In this document: piece after piece, positions 8,459 through 16,822 of the stretch
Position numbering within the stretch: position 1 is the first letter of the stretch
Layout of the letters: every line of letters starts with the position of its first letter
Assembly (NCBI GenBank): GCA_030650885.1
Contig: JAUSDE010000008.1
Coordinates: 1-37,861, forward strand
DNA from: Thermoleophilia bacterium
GTDB taxonomy: Bacteria; Actinomycetota; Thermoleophilia; BMS3ABIN01
Direction of reading: 5' to 3'
DNA: 37,861 nucleotides
Made by a program: the position numbers and the translations under genes
The notes under the pieces: generated by a model
The model's input: the letters and a program-made list of their open reading frames with translations, nothing else
Told to the model about the DNA's origin: nothing
Databases searched by the model: none

Positions 8459-9613
8459 CTAGACCCGCTCAGGCCGCTTGGCGAGCTCGATCTCTACCTC
8501 ATGGGACTCGGTGCCCCTCATATAGGTCAGCTTGATCTTGTCTCCGGGCCGGCGCTGCGCCAGGTAACCTGAGACACCCTCCATGGAATCCATCTTCTGG
8601 CCGTCGATGTCAGTGACGATATCGCCGGCCTGGAGACCAGCCTGCTCCGCTGGCGCCCCGGATACTATCTCGGTAATGATGGCGCCCGCATCCACGGCAA
8701 GCTGCTTCTGCTGCGCCGTCTCAGGATCGACTGTCTGGCCGATGACGCCCAGCCAGGCGTACTCGACCTCGCCCTTGGCGATGATCTGCTCCATGACTTT
8801 CTTGGCGGTATTGATGGGTACGGCGAAACCTACACCCTCGGAACCGCCGCTGTTGGTAGCTATCTGCTCGTTGAGGCCGATGACCTCACCGCGGGAATTA
8901 AACAGGGGGCCACCACTGTTGCCCTGGTTGATGGCGGTGTCAGTCTGAATGGCATTCTGGATACTGAAGCCGGCCTCAGGTGATGCGACCGTACGGTTGA
9001 TCGCGCTGACGATGCCTGAGGTTATCGATCCGGAATATTCTCCGAAGGGGCTGCCGATTGCAGCAACAGGCTCACCGACGACGACCGTGCTGGAATCACC
9101 GAGCGCTACCGGAACCAGGTCGAGTCCCTGGGGATCGATCTTGAGAACGGCCACATCGCTGCTGGTAAGGTCATAGCCGACGATTGAAGCCTTGGCCTTC
9201 TTGCCGTTGGTAAAATTTATCTCGATATCGCTGGCTCGCGTGGTATTGCTGCCGGTTCCATCGCTGGTGACCACATGCGCGTTCGTGAGGATATAGCCTT
9301 CAGTCGAGACGACGAATCCCGAGCCTATGCCCTGCTGCTCGCTGCCGCTCGAATGGAAGATATTGCTTTGCCCCGGGAAGGTGGAGACGATCTGCACTAC
9401 CGAGTCCGCGTAAGTCTTGTAGATGCGCTCCGGGCCGGAATCACCGCTCGAAGTCGAGGAGGAAGAAATCATCTCGGTCGGTTCTGGAATGGTGACCGTC
9501 GTCTGGGTTTCGCCAAGACCGCCCAGGTTCATCGAAAATGCCAGCAGAAAAAACAAAGCCGCCCCCGCGAGGCCGGCAACGACACTGATAGCGATGTTAA
9601 CGATCTTCTTCAC
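8459..9613 (-). CDS. htrA: HtrA/DegP/PepD-type serine protease with N-terminal TM anchor and C-terminal PDZ domain
   Basis: LTNAHVV (His), SDVAVLKI (Asp), GNSGGPLFN (Ser). PDZ-like segment GAIITEIVSGAPAEQAGLQAGDIVTDIDGQ. I place the start at GTG 9613 (VKKIVNIAISVV...) because AGGAGG (9625-9620) lies 6 nt upstream. The track start at 9655 has no SD. Confidence 0.85.
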   Translation of the reverse strand: MKKIVNIAISVVAGLAGAALFFLLAFSMNLGGLGETQTTVTIPEPTEMISSSSTSSGDSGPERIYKTYADSVVQIVSTFPGQSNIFHSSGSEQQGIGSGFVVSTEGYILTNAHVVTSDGTGSNTTRASDIEINFTNGKKAKASIVGYDLTSSDVAVLKIDPQGLDLVPVALGDSSTVVVGEPVAAIGSPFGEYSGSITSGIVSAINRTVASPEAGFSIQNAIQTDTAINQGNSGGPLFNSRGEVIGLNEQIATNSGGSEGVGFAVPINTAKKVMEQIIAKGEVEYAWLGVIGQTVDPETAQQKQLAVDAGAIITEIVSGAPAEQAGLQAGDIVTDIDGQKMDSMEGVSGYLAQRRPGDKIKLTYMRGTESHEVEIELAKRPERV

Positions 9614-9715
9614 TTTATTCCTCCTGGAACAACATCGGGTGGCCGACCAAGCCACCCGATTTTTATCAAAACTTCTATGACCCAGGCCGAGCCTTCACTA
9701 ACTCAACCATTACCA

Positions 9716-9743
9716 ATTATACCCATCCGCAATATAAAGCCAA
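9716..9743 (-). promoter_or_regulatory. Candidate sigma70-type promoter for htrA
   Basis: On the minus strand: TTGGCT (9743-9738), 16-nt spacer, TATAAT (9721-9716). This gives a leader of about 95 nt to GTG 9613. Confidence 0.45.
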
Positions 9744-9795
9744 CGGAGAACGGGTTAAGTGAGGTTAACTTATATTAACCGCCCTTTTCATCTCC

Positions 9796-11556
9796 CTAAC
9801 TGCCTTTGTTGTCTTCCGCCGGCAGCGTGACCGTGAAGACGGTGCCATCGCCGGTTGAGTCTACCTCGATAGTACCGTTCATCAACCTGACCAGCTCGTG
9901 GGCTATGGACAGCCCCAGGCCGGTGCCGCGAATGCGCCCGGCGGCCTTGCCTCGATAGAAGCGCTCGAAGACGCGGGGCAGCTCCTCACCGGGGATGCCG
10001 GGTCCGTGGTCGGCCACGGTGAAGCTGACCGAATTGCCGTTACGGCTTCCCGAGACCTGGATGGCGCCGCCGGTCGGCGAGTACTTGAGCGCGTTGTCGA
10101 TCAGGATGCGGACCAGCTGCGCGGTCCGGTCAGGGTCGCATACGGCAACCAGGCTGCCCGGTACGGCACTCGTGTCTATCGCGGAATCATGCGATGCGGC
10201 ATACGCGGCAAATTCCCTGGTAACCATGTCAAATATATCTTTTAGCTCAACCCTGCTGGTGCGCACGTCCATGGCACCGGAATCCATCTGTGACAGGTCG
10301 AGCAGCTTCCGTGCCAGGTCGGCCAGCCGGTCTACCTGCTCGCGCATGGTGGCTACGAACTCGTCGCGGGTCTTGTCGTCAAGGTCTTCCTCCTGCAGCA
10401 GCTCCAGGAAACCGCCCAGCGAGAACAGCGGCGTCTTCAGTTCGTGAGAGGCGTTGGCGATGAAGTCGCGGCGGGACTTCTCCAGCTTCACTTCCTGGCT
10501 GACGTCACGGATCACCAGCAGCGAGGCCAGCTCTGCCTGGTCAGACAGGTAAGAACTGTGCACAAGCAGCGCCTTGTCATCAGGCAGGTTGAAGATGTCC
10601 TCGCGCTGAGGACTTTCCTGGCTCATGGATTTCCAGAGATCATAAATCTCGATCGGCAGACACTCGTCGAGCGTGCAGGGCGCCGATATCTCCTGGCCGA
10701 GCAGATGCTCGGCGGCAGGATTCGCCACGATGATGCTGCCGCCTGAATCTATGCCGATTACGCCCTCGTCCAGATCGTCTAGTAGCACCTTCGCCCTGCG
10801 CTTCTCGTCATCGACCTGCTGGAATGCGGCTCCCAGCCGGTCGCCCATGTCGTTGAAGGTGATGGCAAGCTGGCCCAGCTCATCCTGGGAAGTGACCGGC
10901 ACCTTGATGTTGAAATCGCCCTCTGCGATCCGCGCCGCGCCCGACTCGATCCGGCGGATGCGCCGGGAGAGGATATAGGAGACCAGATAAATGACCGCCA
11001 GCGCGATGACCAGAGCCGACGAAGCCGCGATCACCATCAGCTGCTGTACAAGCGTCACTGCTGATTCGACTTCGTCCATGGAAGAAGAGACGATAATCGC
11101 AGCGACTATGCGGTTGTCCCGGGAGACCGGCACGGCGGCCATGGCATAGCTCCTGCCGCCGATGGAGGTCACGCTGGTCACCAGGTCGCCGGTGGATATT
11201 GCCGCGTTGGCGACGTCATAGTCGGCCGGTTCGAAACCCTGTCCCATCAGTGAGTCGGAGAGCAGGCTTCCCGATGAGTCGATAGCCAGGATGCGCGAGT
11301 CGGAACGCTCGGCATACTGCTGGGTGAGCAGATCCAGATAGATGCGCGAGGCTCCCTGGTTCAGAGCCTGCAGATAACTTTCGGAATATAGCGTGGCATA
11401 ATCGCCGAGATTGCCGAGCTTCTGGTCGGTGAGGCGGCTCTGCAGCTGGGGAACCACTACGGCGAAGATGATACCGATAGCAAAAACGAACACAGAGAAG
11501 AATACCAGGCTCTGCTTGATGGCGAGGCTGAAACGGATTTTATTTCTTAATGGCAT
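9796..11556 (-). CDS. Sensor histidine kinase (two TM segments, HAMP, PAS-like, HisKA, HATPase_c)
   Basis: TM1 VFFSVFVFAIGIIFAVVV. TM2 plus HAMP (IRRIESGAARIAEGDFNIKVPVTSQDELGQLAITFNDM). H-box ASHELKTPLFSL. N-box NALKYSP. G1 DHGPGIP. G2 GTGLGLSIA. Confidence 0.9.
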   Translation of the reverse strand: MPLRNKIRFSLAIKQSLVFFSVFVFAIGIIFAVVVPQLQSRLTDQKLGNLGDYATLYSESYLQALNQGASRIYLDLLTQQYAERSDSRILAIDSSGSLLSDSLMGQGFEPADYDVANAAISTGDLVTSVTSIGGRSYAMAAVPVSRDNRIVAAIIVSSSMDEVESAVTLVQQLMVIAASSALVIALAVIYLVSYILSRRIRRIESGAARIAEGDFNIKVPVTSQDELGQLAITFNDMGDRLGAAFQQVDDEKRRAKVLLDDLDEGVIGIDSGGSIIVANPAAEHLLGQEISAPCTLDECLPIEIYDLWKSMSQESPQREDIFNLPDDKALLVHSSYLSDQAELASLLVIRDVSQEVKLEKSRRDFIANASHELKTPLFSLGGFLELLQEEDLDDKTRDEFVATMREQVDRLADLARKLLDLSQMDSGAMDVRTSRVELKDIFDMVTREFAAYAASHDSAIDTSAVPGSLVAVCDPDRTAQLVRILIDNALKYSPTGGAIQVSGSRNGNSVSFTVADHGPGIPGEELPRVFERFYRGKAAGRIRGTGLGLSIAHELVRLMNGTIEVDSTGDGTVFTVTLPAEDNKGS

Positions 11557-11599
11557 ATGGAGAGCAGGCTATTGAGAGCGGGCGTGGCGTGCCCGCCGG

Positions 11600-12307
11600 T
11601 TACATGTCCCTGAATTTGTACCCGGCGCCGCGGACAGTAAAAATATATTCCGGATCATGGGGGTCGGGTTCGATTTTTTCCCGCAGGTGCCGGATATGCA
11701 CGTCCACCGTGCGCGGATCCCTGTACTCAGCGTCCCCCCAGACCAGCTGCAGCAGCGAATCACGCCCGAACACGCGTCCGGGATGGCTGACAAGCGTCTT
11801 CAGCAGCTCGAATTCCTTGTAGGTGAGGTCTACCTTCGTGCCGGACACATAGACATTCCGTTTGAGGAAGTCGATGCGCAGGCTTTCTATCTCCAGGACT
11901 TCGCGGGCGATCTCACTGGGTTGCTGGATCATCTGTGACCGGCGCAGCTGAGCCTTGACGCGGCTACGGAACTCGCGGATGCTGAACGGTTTGGTGATGT
12001 AATCGTCGGCGCCGATCTCGAGGCCGAGCACCTTGTCGAACTCGTCTGACTTGGCTGTCAGCATGATGATGGGCACAGTGCTCTCGGCTCGTATCAGGCG
12101 GCAGACGTCAGTTCCGTCCATTCCAGGCAGCATGATATCCAGCACCACGAGGTCGAAAGGCTGCTCGCGGAACTTCTCCAGTGCGGTCTCGCCGTCCATC
12201 GCCTGGACGATCTCGTAGCCCTCCTTCTCCATGGGGAAGGTAAGCAGTTTCTGTATCGCTTCCTCGTCATCGACCAGCAGGATGCGAGGCGCCTTGTTCT
12301 CGTTCAT
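11600..12307 (-). CDS. OmpR/PhoB-family response regulator (MprA/WalR-like)
   Basis: Receiver motifs [27 protein letters not shown] and ITKPF. C-terminal winged helix [12 protein letters not shown]...[12 protein letters not shown]. The ATGA overlap with the upstream radical SAM gene is at 12304-12307. Confidence 0.9.
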   Translation of the reverse strand: MNENKAPRILLVDDEEAIQKLLTFPMEKEGYEIVQAMDGETALEKFREQPFDLVVLDIMLPGMDGTDVCRLIRAESTVPIIMLTAKSDEFDKVLGLEIGADDYITKPFSIREFRSRVKAQLRRSQMIQQPSEIAREVLEIESLRIDFLKRNVYVSGTKVDLTYKEFELLKTLVSHPGRVFGRDSLLQLVWGDAEYRDPRTVDVHIRHLREKIEPDPHDPEYIFTVRGAGYKFRDM

Positions 12308-12924
12308 GCCCTGACCTCCTCGGATTCGGGCGTCAACAGTTGCCGTACCCTGAATTCGGCACCCATCTTCTCGGCTATACTTCGACAGGCTTCGATATCG
12401 ACCTCCGGCAGGTCAACTACTGACAACGTCACTTTCAATCCTTCCGCCAGACAATCCTCGGCAAATCTGAGCACGGCCCGGTAAGCTTTACTGAACATCG
12501 GCCTGCATAACTGATTGTAGACTTCGGAATTGTGAGCTACAAGGCTGACCGACACGGAGCCGATGCCCGCCACCGCCAGCTCATGGGCGACATCGCGCTC
12601 CGGGTGCAGAAGCTGTCCGTGGCCGTTTGTGTCCAGTCTTGAGGATATGCGCCTCAGCTTCAGCCACTCGGCGACCTCCAGGATAACTTCCAGCCTCATG
12701 GTCGGCTCACCGAATCCCACGAAGACGACTTCTCCGGCGGGGCCTTCCAGGAACTCCAGCTCCAGTTCATGCAGTATGTCTTCCGCCGACGGCTCACTGT
12801 CCAGCTTCAGGTTGTATCCGCAAAAGGTGTCGGTGAATTTAGCCAGACAGAAAACGCAGTCTGAGGAACAGCGGTTGGTGATGTTCAGATATATGTTGCC
12901 TTTGGCCCGATAGGCAATGGTCAT
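12304..12924 (-). CDS. Small radical SAM protein (resembles the TatD-associated radical SAM family)
   Basis: YLNITNRCSSDCVFC (CxxxCxxC near the N-terminus), about 200 aa, GFGEPT motif. ATGA overlaps at both ends (12921-12924 and 12304-12307). Confidence 0.7.
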   Translation of the reverse strand: MTIAYRAKGNIYLNITNRCSSDCVFCLAKFTDTFCGYNLKLDSEPSAEDILHELELEFLEGPAGEVVFVGFGEPTMRLEVILEVAEWLKLRRISSRLDTNGHGQLLHPERDVAHELAVAGIGSVSVSLVAHNSEVYNQLCRPMFSKAYRAVLRFAEDCLAEGLKVTLSVVDLPEVDIEACRSIAEKMGAEFRVRQLLTPESEEVRA

Positions 12925-13652
12925 GTGAGCTCCCGTTCGCGAAGCCAGTGCAATCCCTCGTAGGCTTTCTGGCGAGGCATCTCAAAGGTGATCGTGATTA
13001 TCTGGGGCAGTTCCCGCAGAGCGCGGAGGATCGGCGCAAAATCGATACGGCCCTCGCCTAGTGGCAGATGCAGGTCCTCGTGATAGGTATCTCCGCCGAT
13101 GTTGTCGTGGATATGCACGTGGCCGATGCGGTCCGGATAAGCTTTGATGAAACCCAGTGACTTGTTCTCGTCACCAAGCAGCTCGCTGTGGCCGATATCG
13201 ACGGTCAGCATGACGCCCGGGTGGGCATCCAGCACGTCTTTCATGTCAACCGGATCTTCGCTGGTATTCTCGCAGGATATGCTGGCGCCGTATTCTCCCG
13301 CCAGGGCCGCGAGAACGCCTATCTCCCTGAGCTTGAGGCTTATCTTCTCGGGCGTATTGGACCTCGGGGCCAGTATCGGATGTATCGTGATCGTCCGCGG
13401 ACGAAAAAGCTCCGCGTAACTCACCGCTTCGCCGATGCGCCGCATGCCGTCATCGTTGTCGACCCTGAGGTCGGGAGCATGGGCGACAAAAAACATGCCT
13501 GCCCGTTTAGCTGCCTTCAGCATGGCTTTTTCCTCGCGCCTGATCTTGTCGATCTCGTTGAGGTTGAGATCAGCGAAATCGAATCCGTGGGCCGCGAGGA
13601 ATGTGATGCCTTCGAGGCCGGCGGCCTGGCCGCCAAATCTGAGGTTGCTCAT
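12921..13652 (-). CDS. Sugar phosphate isomerase/epimerase (xylose-isomerase-like TIM barrel, AP_endonuc_2 fold)
   Basis: CENTSE, TVDIGHSEL and HVHIHDN...EDLHLPLGEGRIDFAPILRAL are typical metal-ligand contexts of this fold. Confidence 0.7.
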   Translation of the reverse strand: MSNLRFGGQAAGLEGITFLAAHGFDFADLNLNEIDKIRREEKAMLKAAKRAGMFFVAHAPDLRVDNDDGMRRIGEAVSYAELFRPRTITIHPILAPRSNTPEKISLKLREIGVLAALAGEYGASISCENTSEDPVDMKDVLDAHPGVMLTVDIGHSELLGDENKSLGFIKAYPDRIGHVHIHDNIGGDTYHEDLHLPLGEGRIDFAPILRALRELPQIITITFEMPRQKAYEGLHWLRERELT

Positions 13653-13924
13653 GAATGTCCGCCGAGGTTAACCAATACCAGTAGTAGTTTACCTGTATCA
13701 GGTATTGATTGCAGATCTCCGATATCTATACTGAAAGGCTCTTGCCGCATGCCCTTAGTCGATTTAAAAGAACTCTCCCCCCGCCATCGCGACCAGCGCG
13801 CGCGCCGCCTTCGCCGAATCAAGAGATCTGTCGAGCGGCAAAGCTATAAGGTGGATTCCGGCCTGGTTGCAAGTGGGATCATCCGGGAAGCATGCTCGTT
13901 CGAAGCTGCGAACCGGCTGGCTGA

Positions 13925-14908
13925 CTAGGGTAGAAGCGCCGTCCTCAGCATCTTCTGTACCAGTTCCTCGTATTCGATATTGGCTGCCTTCGCCTGAGCC
14001 GGGAAGTCGGAGGTTTCCGTCATTCCCGGCAGGGTATTGATCTCGGTAAGCTGGGGCGTTCCCTCTGAATCGATGATGAAATCGACGCGGCTGAAACCAC
14101 GGCAGCTCAGAACTGCGTGGATATGCATCGCCAGTTCCTGGGCGTGTGTCGCTGTTTCATCGGGAATCTCCGCCGGGACGACAAACTCGGTCATCCCGTG
14201 GTTGTACTTGGCTTCGTAGTCGTAGAAATCGGATGAAGGCTTCAGCTGCAAAACCGGTAATGCGGTCACGGTGCGCCTGTTTTCAATCAATCCCACCGTT
14301 ATCTCATCGCCCTCGACAAACTCCTCGGCGATGGCGCAACCGTAGTCAGCACATGTGTGCATGATCACATCGACCAGCTCTTCGGGTTCGCTGATCTTGA
14401 CTACTCCGAGGCTGGAACCCTCCTCGCATGGCTTCACCATGACCGGGAATCTGAGACTCTCTTTTGCTTTGATACAAACAGCTCCCAGGTCCTGGCCGGG
14501 CTCGAATATCTCGAAGGCGGCTGTAGGAATTTTATGGAAGACGGCGATCTGTTTCGTGCGCACCTTGTTCATGCCGATGGCGCTAGCCAGCACACGGGAA
14601 CCCGTATAGGGGATGTCCATCATCTCCAGAAGACCCTGGATGTTGCCGTCCTCGCCATACTTGCCGTGAAGTGCCAGAAAAGCCACCCTCACGTCTTCGC
14701 CGCGCAGCTTTTCGGCAACATCGCGGTCGACGTCGATTCCCACTGCGTTATAACCGAGCGACTGGAGCGCGGCCAGGCAGCCGGCGCCGGATCTCAGGGA
14801 GATCTCCCGCTCACGGGAGAGCCCGCCCATGAGGACTCCGATACGGCTGGTTTTCAGGATGATGTCTGTCATTGTCAATTTGCGCGCCTGTTTGGCACGG
14901 TGGGACAT
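13925..14908 (-). CDS. ddl: D-alanine--D-alanine ligase
   Basis: RIGVLMGGLSREREISLRSG, FLALHGKYGEDGNIQGLLE, ATP-grasp core EEFVEGDEITVG, C-terminal LTEINTLPGMTETS. By family comparison the true start is more likely ATG 14872 (MTDIILK...). Confidence 0.9.
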   Translation of the reverse strand: MSHRAKQARKLTMTDIILKTSRIGVLMGGLSREREISLRSGAGCLAALQSLGYNAVGIDVDRDVAEKLRGEDVRVAFLALHGKYGEDGNIQGLLEMMDIPYTGSRVLASAIGMNKVRTKQIAVFHKIPTAAFEIFEPGQDLGAVCIKAKESLRFPVMVKPCEEGSSLGVVKISEPEELVDVIMHTCADYGCAIAEEFVEGDEITVGLIENRRTVTALPVLQLKPSSDFYDYEAKYNHGMTEFVVPAEIPDETATHAQELAMHIHAVLSCRGFSRVDFIIDSEGTPQLTEINTLPGMTETSDFPAQAKAANIEYEELVQKMLRTALLP

Positions 14909-15082
14909 TATACAGCAAGCGGCAGGGTTGAGGCATAATTCGACCGAATATAATATATACTTCTCGGCGGCGGCGAGAGACCCGCCAGCCTACTTTCCCC
15001 GGGAGGGACCATCAGTCCTCGACATAAGAAATACCTCCGGCTGGCCGCGCAGATAATCGTCGTCGGCGCTGTCTTCTACTTC

Positions 15083-16027
15083 ATGGGCAAAAAAATCCAG
15101 ACGGACTGGCCGGAAATCACCTCCCGCGACTGGCAGATCGACATCCCCTGGCTGATTGTTTCCCTGGTCATGCTGCTGGCTCTCTACATGGGCCATGCCT
15201 GCGGCTGGCTGATAATCCTCAAGCGCTTCAATTATCCGGTTCCTTTCCTGCCGGGAATCTATGTCTGGTGCAAGTCGTTGCTGGCGCGGTATATTCCGGG
15301 TAATGTGATGATGGTTGTCGGCCGCGTGGTAATGATCGAGCCATACGGCGTCCCAAAACGCATTTCGCTCACCAGTGTTGCCTATGAACAGGCGCTGCTC
15401 CTGTCGTCGGCGGCTACCGTGATCGCGGTCGCATTACCTTTCTGGCCCAAGCTGCAGAATTTCTCGACCTGGATCTGGCTGGTTCTGGTCGTACCGCCAA
15501 TGGCCGTCATTCTGCTTCATCCAACAGTGCTTAATCGGATAGGCAACTACCTGCTGCGCAAGGTCAAGCGGGAGGCCATCGAGGAGTTCCTGCCGTTCAG
15601 GGACATCGTCGCCATCTTCTTTTACTACTGTTTCTTCTGGATCGTCTCCGGCATGGGCCTTTTCGCCATGGCGCAGACTGTCACATTTGTCAGCTGGTCG
15701 AGTTTCCCCATCTTCATCGCCAGCACTCCACTGGCCTGGTTGACTTCAGTGCTTTTCTTTATCTCTCCCAGCGGGCTGGGTGTACGGGAAGGCGTTTACG
15801 CCTTTACGCTCGACTTTGCTTTTCCAGACAGCAACGGGGATCCCTCGCTGGCGATCGCTTCGGCCTTCGCCATCCTTACCCGCTTCTGGCAGACGCTCGT
15901 GGAGATCGCAGTCGTCGCTGTAGTGATGGCACTGGTCAAGATCCGGCATATTAAGATCAAGGCCGCCACAGCTGAAGAAATGAAGGACGATGAAGATATC
16001 CATGGCAGGGATAATCCGACGATCTGA
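15083..16027 (+). CDS. UPF0104 / lysylphosphatidylglycerol-synthase-TM-like (flippase-like) membrane protein
   Basis: Multi-TM protein with the family-typical RW/ILKRF segment after TM2 and PSGLGVREG near the C-terminus. The frame stays open upstream to 14954 and encodes a further TM helix. The real start is probably upstream (see findings). Confidence 0.75.
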   Translation: MGKKIQTDWPEITSRDWQIDIPWLIVSLVMLLALYMGHACGWLIILKRFNYPVPFLPGIYVWCKSLLARYIPGNVMMVVGRVVMIEPYGVPKRISLTSVAYEQALLLSSAATVIAVALPFWPKLQNFSTWIWLVLVVPPMAVILLHPTVLNRIGNYLLRKVKREAIEEFLPFRDIVAIFFYYCFFWIVSGMGLFAMAQTVTFVSWSSFPIFIASTPLAWLTSVLFFISPSGLGVREGVYAFTLDFAFPDSNGDPSLAIASAFAILTRFWQTLVEIAVVAVVMALVKIRHIKIKAATAEEMKDDEDIHGRDNPTI

Positions 16028-16110
16028 GCTGGATGGTTTTTTCCGCTATGCTATAATTTCTTCAGAGAATCACTTCTGCCGCGCCCGCGGCGGGAAACCA
16101 GGAGGTAAGA

Positions 16111-16806
16111 ATGTTTAGCTTTGGCAATCCTGTCTTTTTCACCAGCATGTTGCTGCTGATACCGGGCATCATCCTGTCGGTTTACGCACAGATCAAGGTG
16201 AAGAGCACATTCAAAAAATATTCACAGACGAAAGCGGCCAGCGGCATAACCGGCGCCCAGGCCAGCCGTCAGTTGCTGGACCAGGCAGGGCTTTCAGGCG
16301 TCGCCATCGAGGAGATCCCTGGCGATCTTTCCGACCATTACGACCCGCGGAAGCGGGTAATGAGGCTGAGCGAGGGTGTGGGCCGCAGCGATTCGCTGGC
16401 GGCGCTGGGCGTAGCCGCACATGAAACCGGCCACGCGATTCAGCACGCCGAGGGCTACGTGCCGATGAAAGTGCGCTCGGCAGTGGTCCCGGTGGCGTCG
16501 TTCGGATCCAGCCTGGGTCCGATGATCTTCATCGCCGGCCTTTTCATCTCGAGCTTCCGGCCGTTGATGACCATCGGCATCGTACTGTTCACGGCTGCGG
16601 TCGTCTTCCAGATCGTGACCCTGCCGGTGGAATTCGATGCCTCATCACGGGCCATGAAGCTTCTGCAGAGCAACGGCATGGTGGTACAGAGCGAAGCACA
16701 GGGTGCGCGCAAGGTGCTGAGCGCCGCGGCGCTGACTTATGTGGCTGCGGCCCTGATGTCAATCCTGACGCTGCTGCGGATGGTTCTGATCAGCCGGAAT
16801 AGCTGA
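16111..16806 (+). CDS. YugP-like putative neutral zinc metallopeptidase (membrane)
   Basis: AAHETGHAIQHAEGY (HExxH) between an N-terminal TM helix and C-terminal TM helices. SD AGGAGG lies 6 nt upstream of ATG 16111. An extended -10 (TGcTATAAT) ends at 16057. Confidence 0.8.
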   Translation: MFSFGNPVFFTSMLLLIPGIILSVYAQIKVKSTFKKYSQTKAASGITGAQASRQLLDQAGLSGVAIEEIPGDLSDHYDPRKRVMRLSEGVGRSDSLAALGVAAHETGHAIQHAEGYVPMKVRSAVVPVASFGSSLGPMIFIAGLFISSFRPLMTIGIVLFTAAVVFQIVTLPVEFDASSRAMKLLQSNGMVVQSEAQGARKVLSAAALTYVAAALMSILTLLRMVLISRNS

Positions 16807-16822
16807 GCGTCTAGCGCCGATC

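Noticed and set aside
13188-13928. 246-aa plus-strand ORF spanning the TIM-barrel gene and the 13653-13924 gap
   Set aside because: It is mostly antisense to a supported CDS, with no SD and no recognisable domain.
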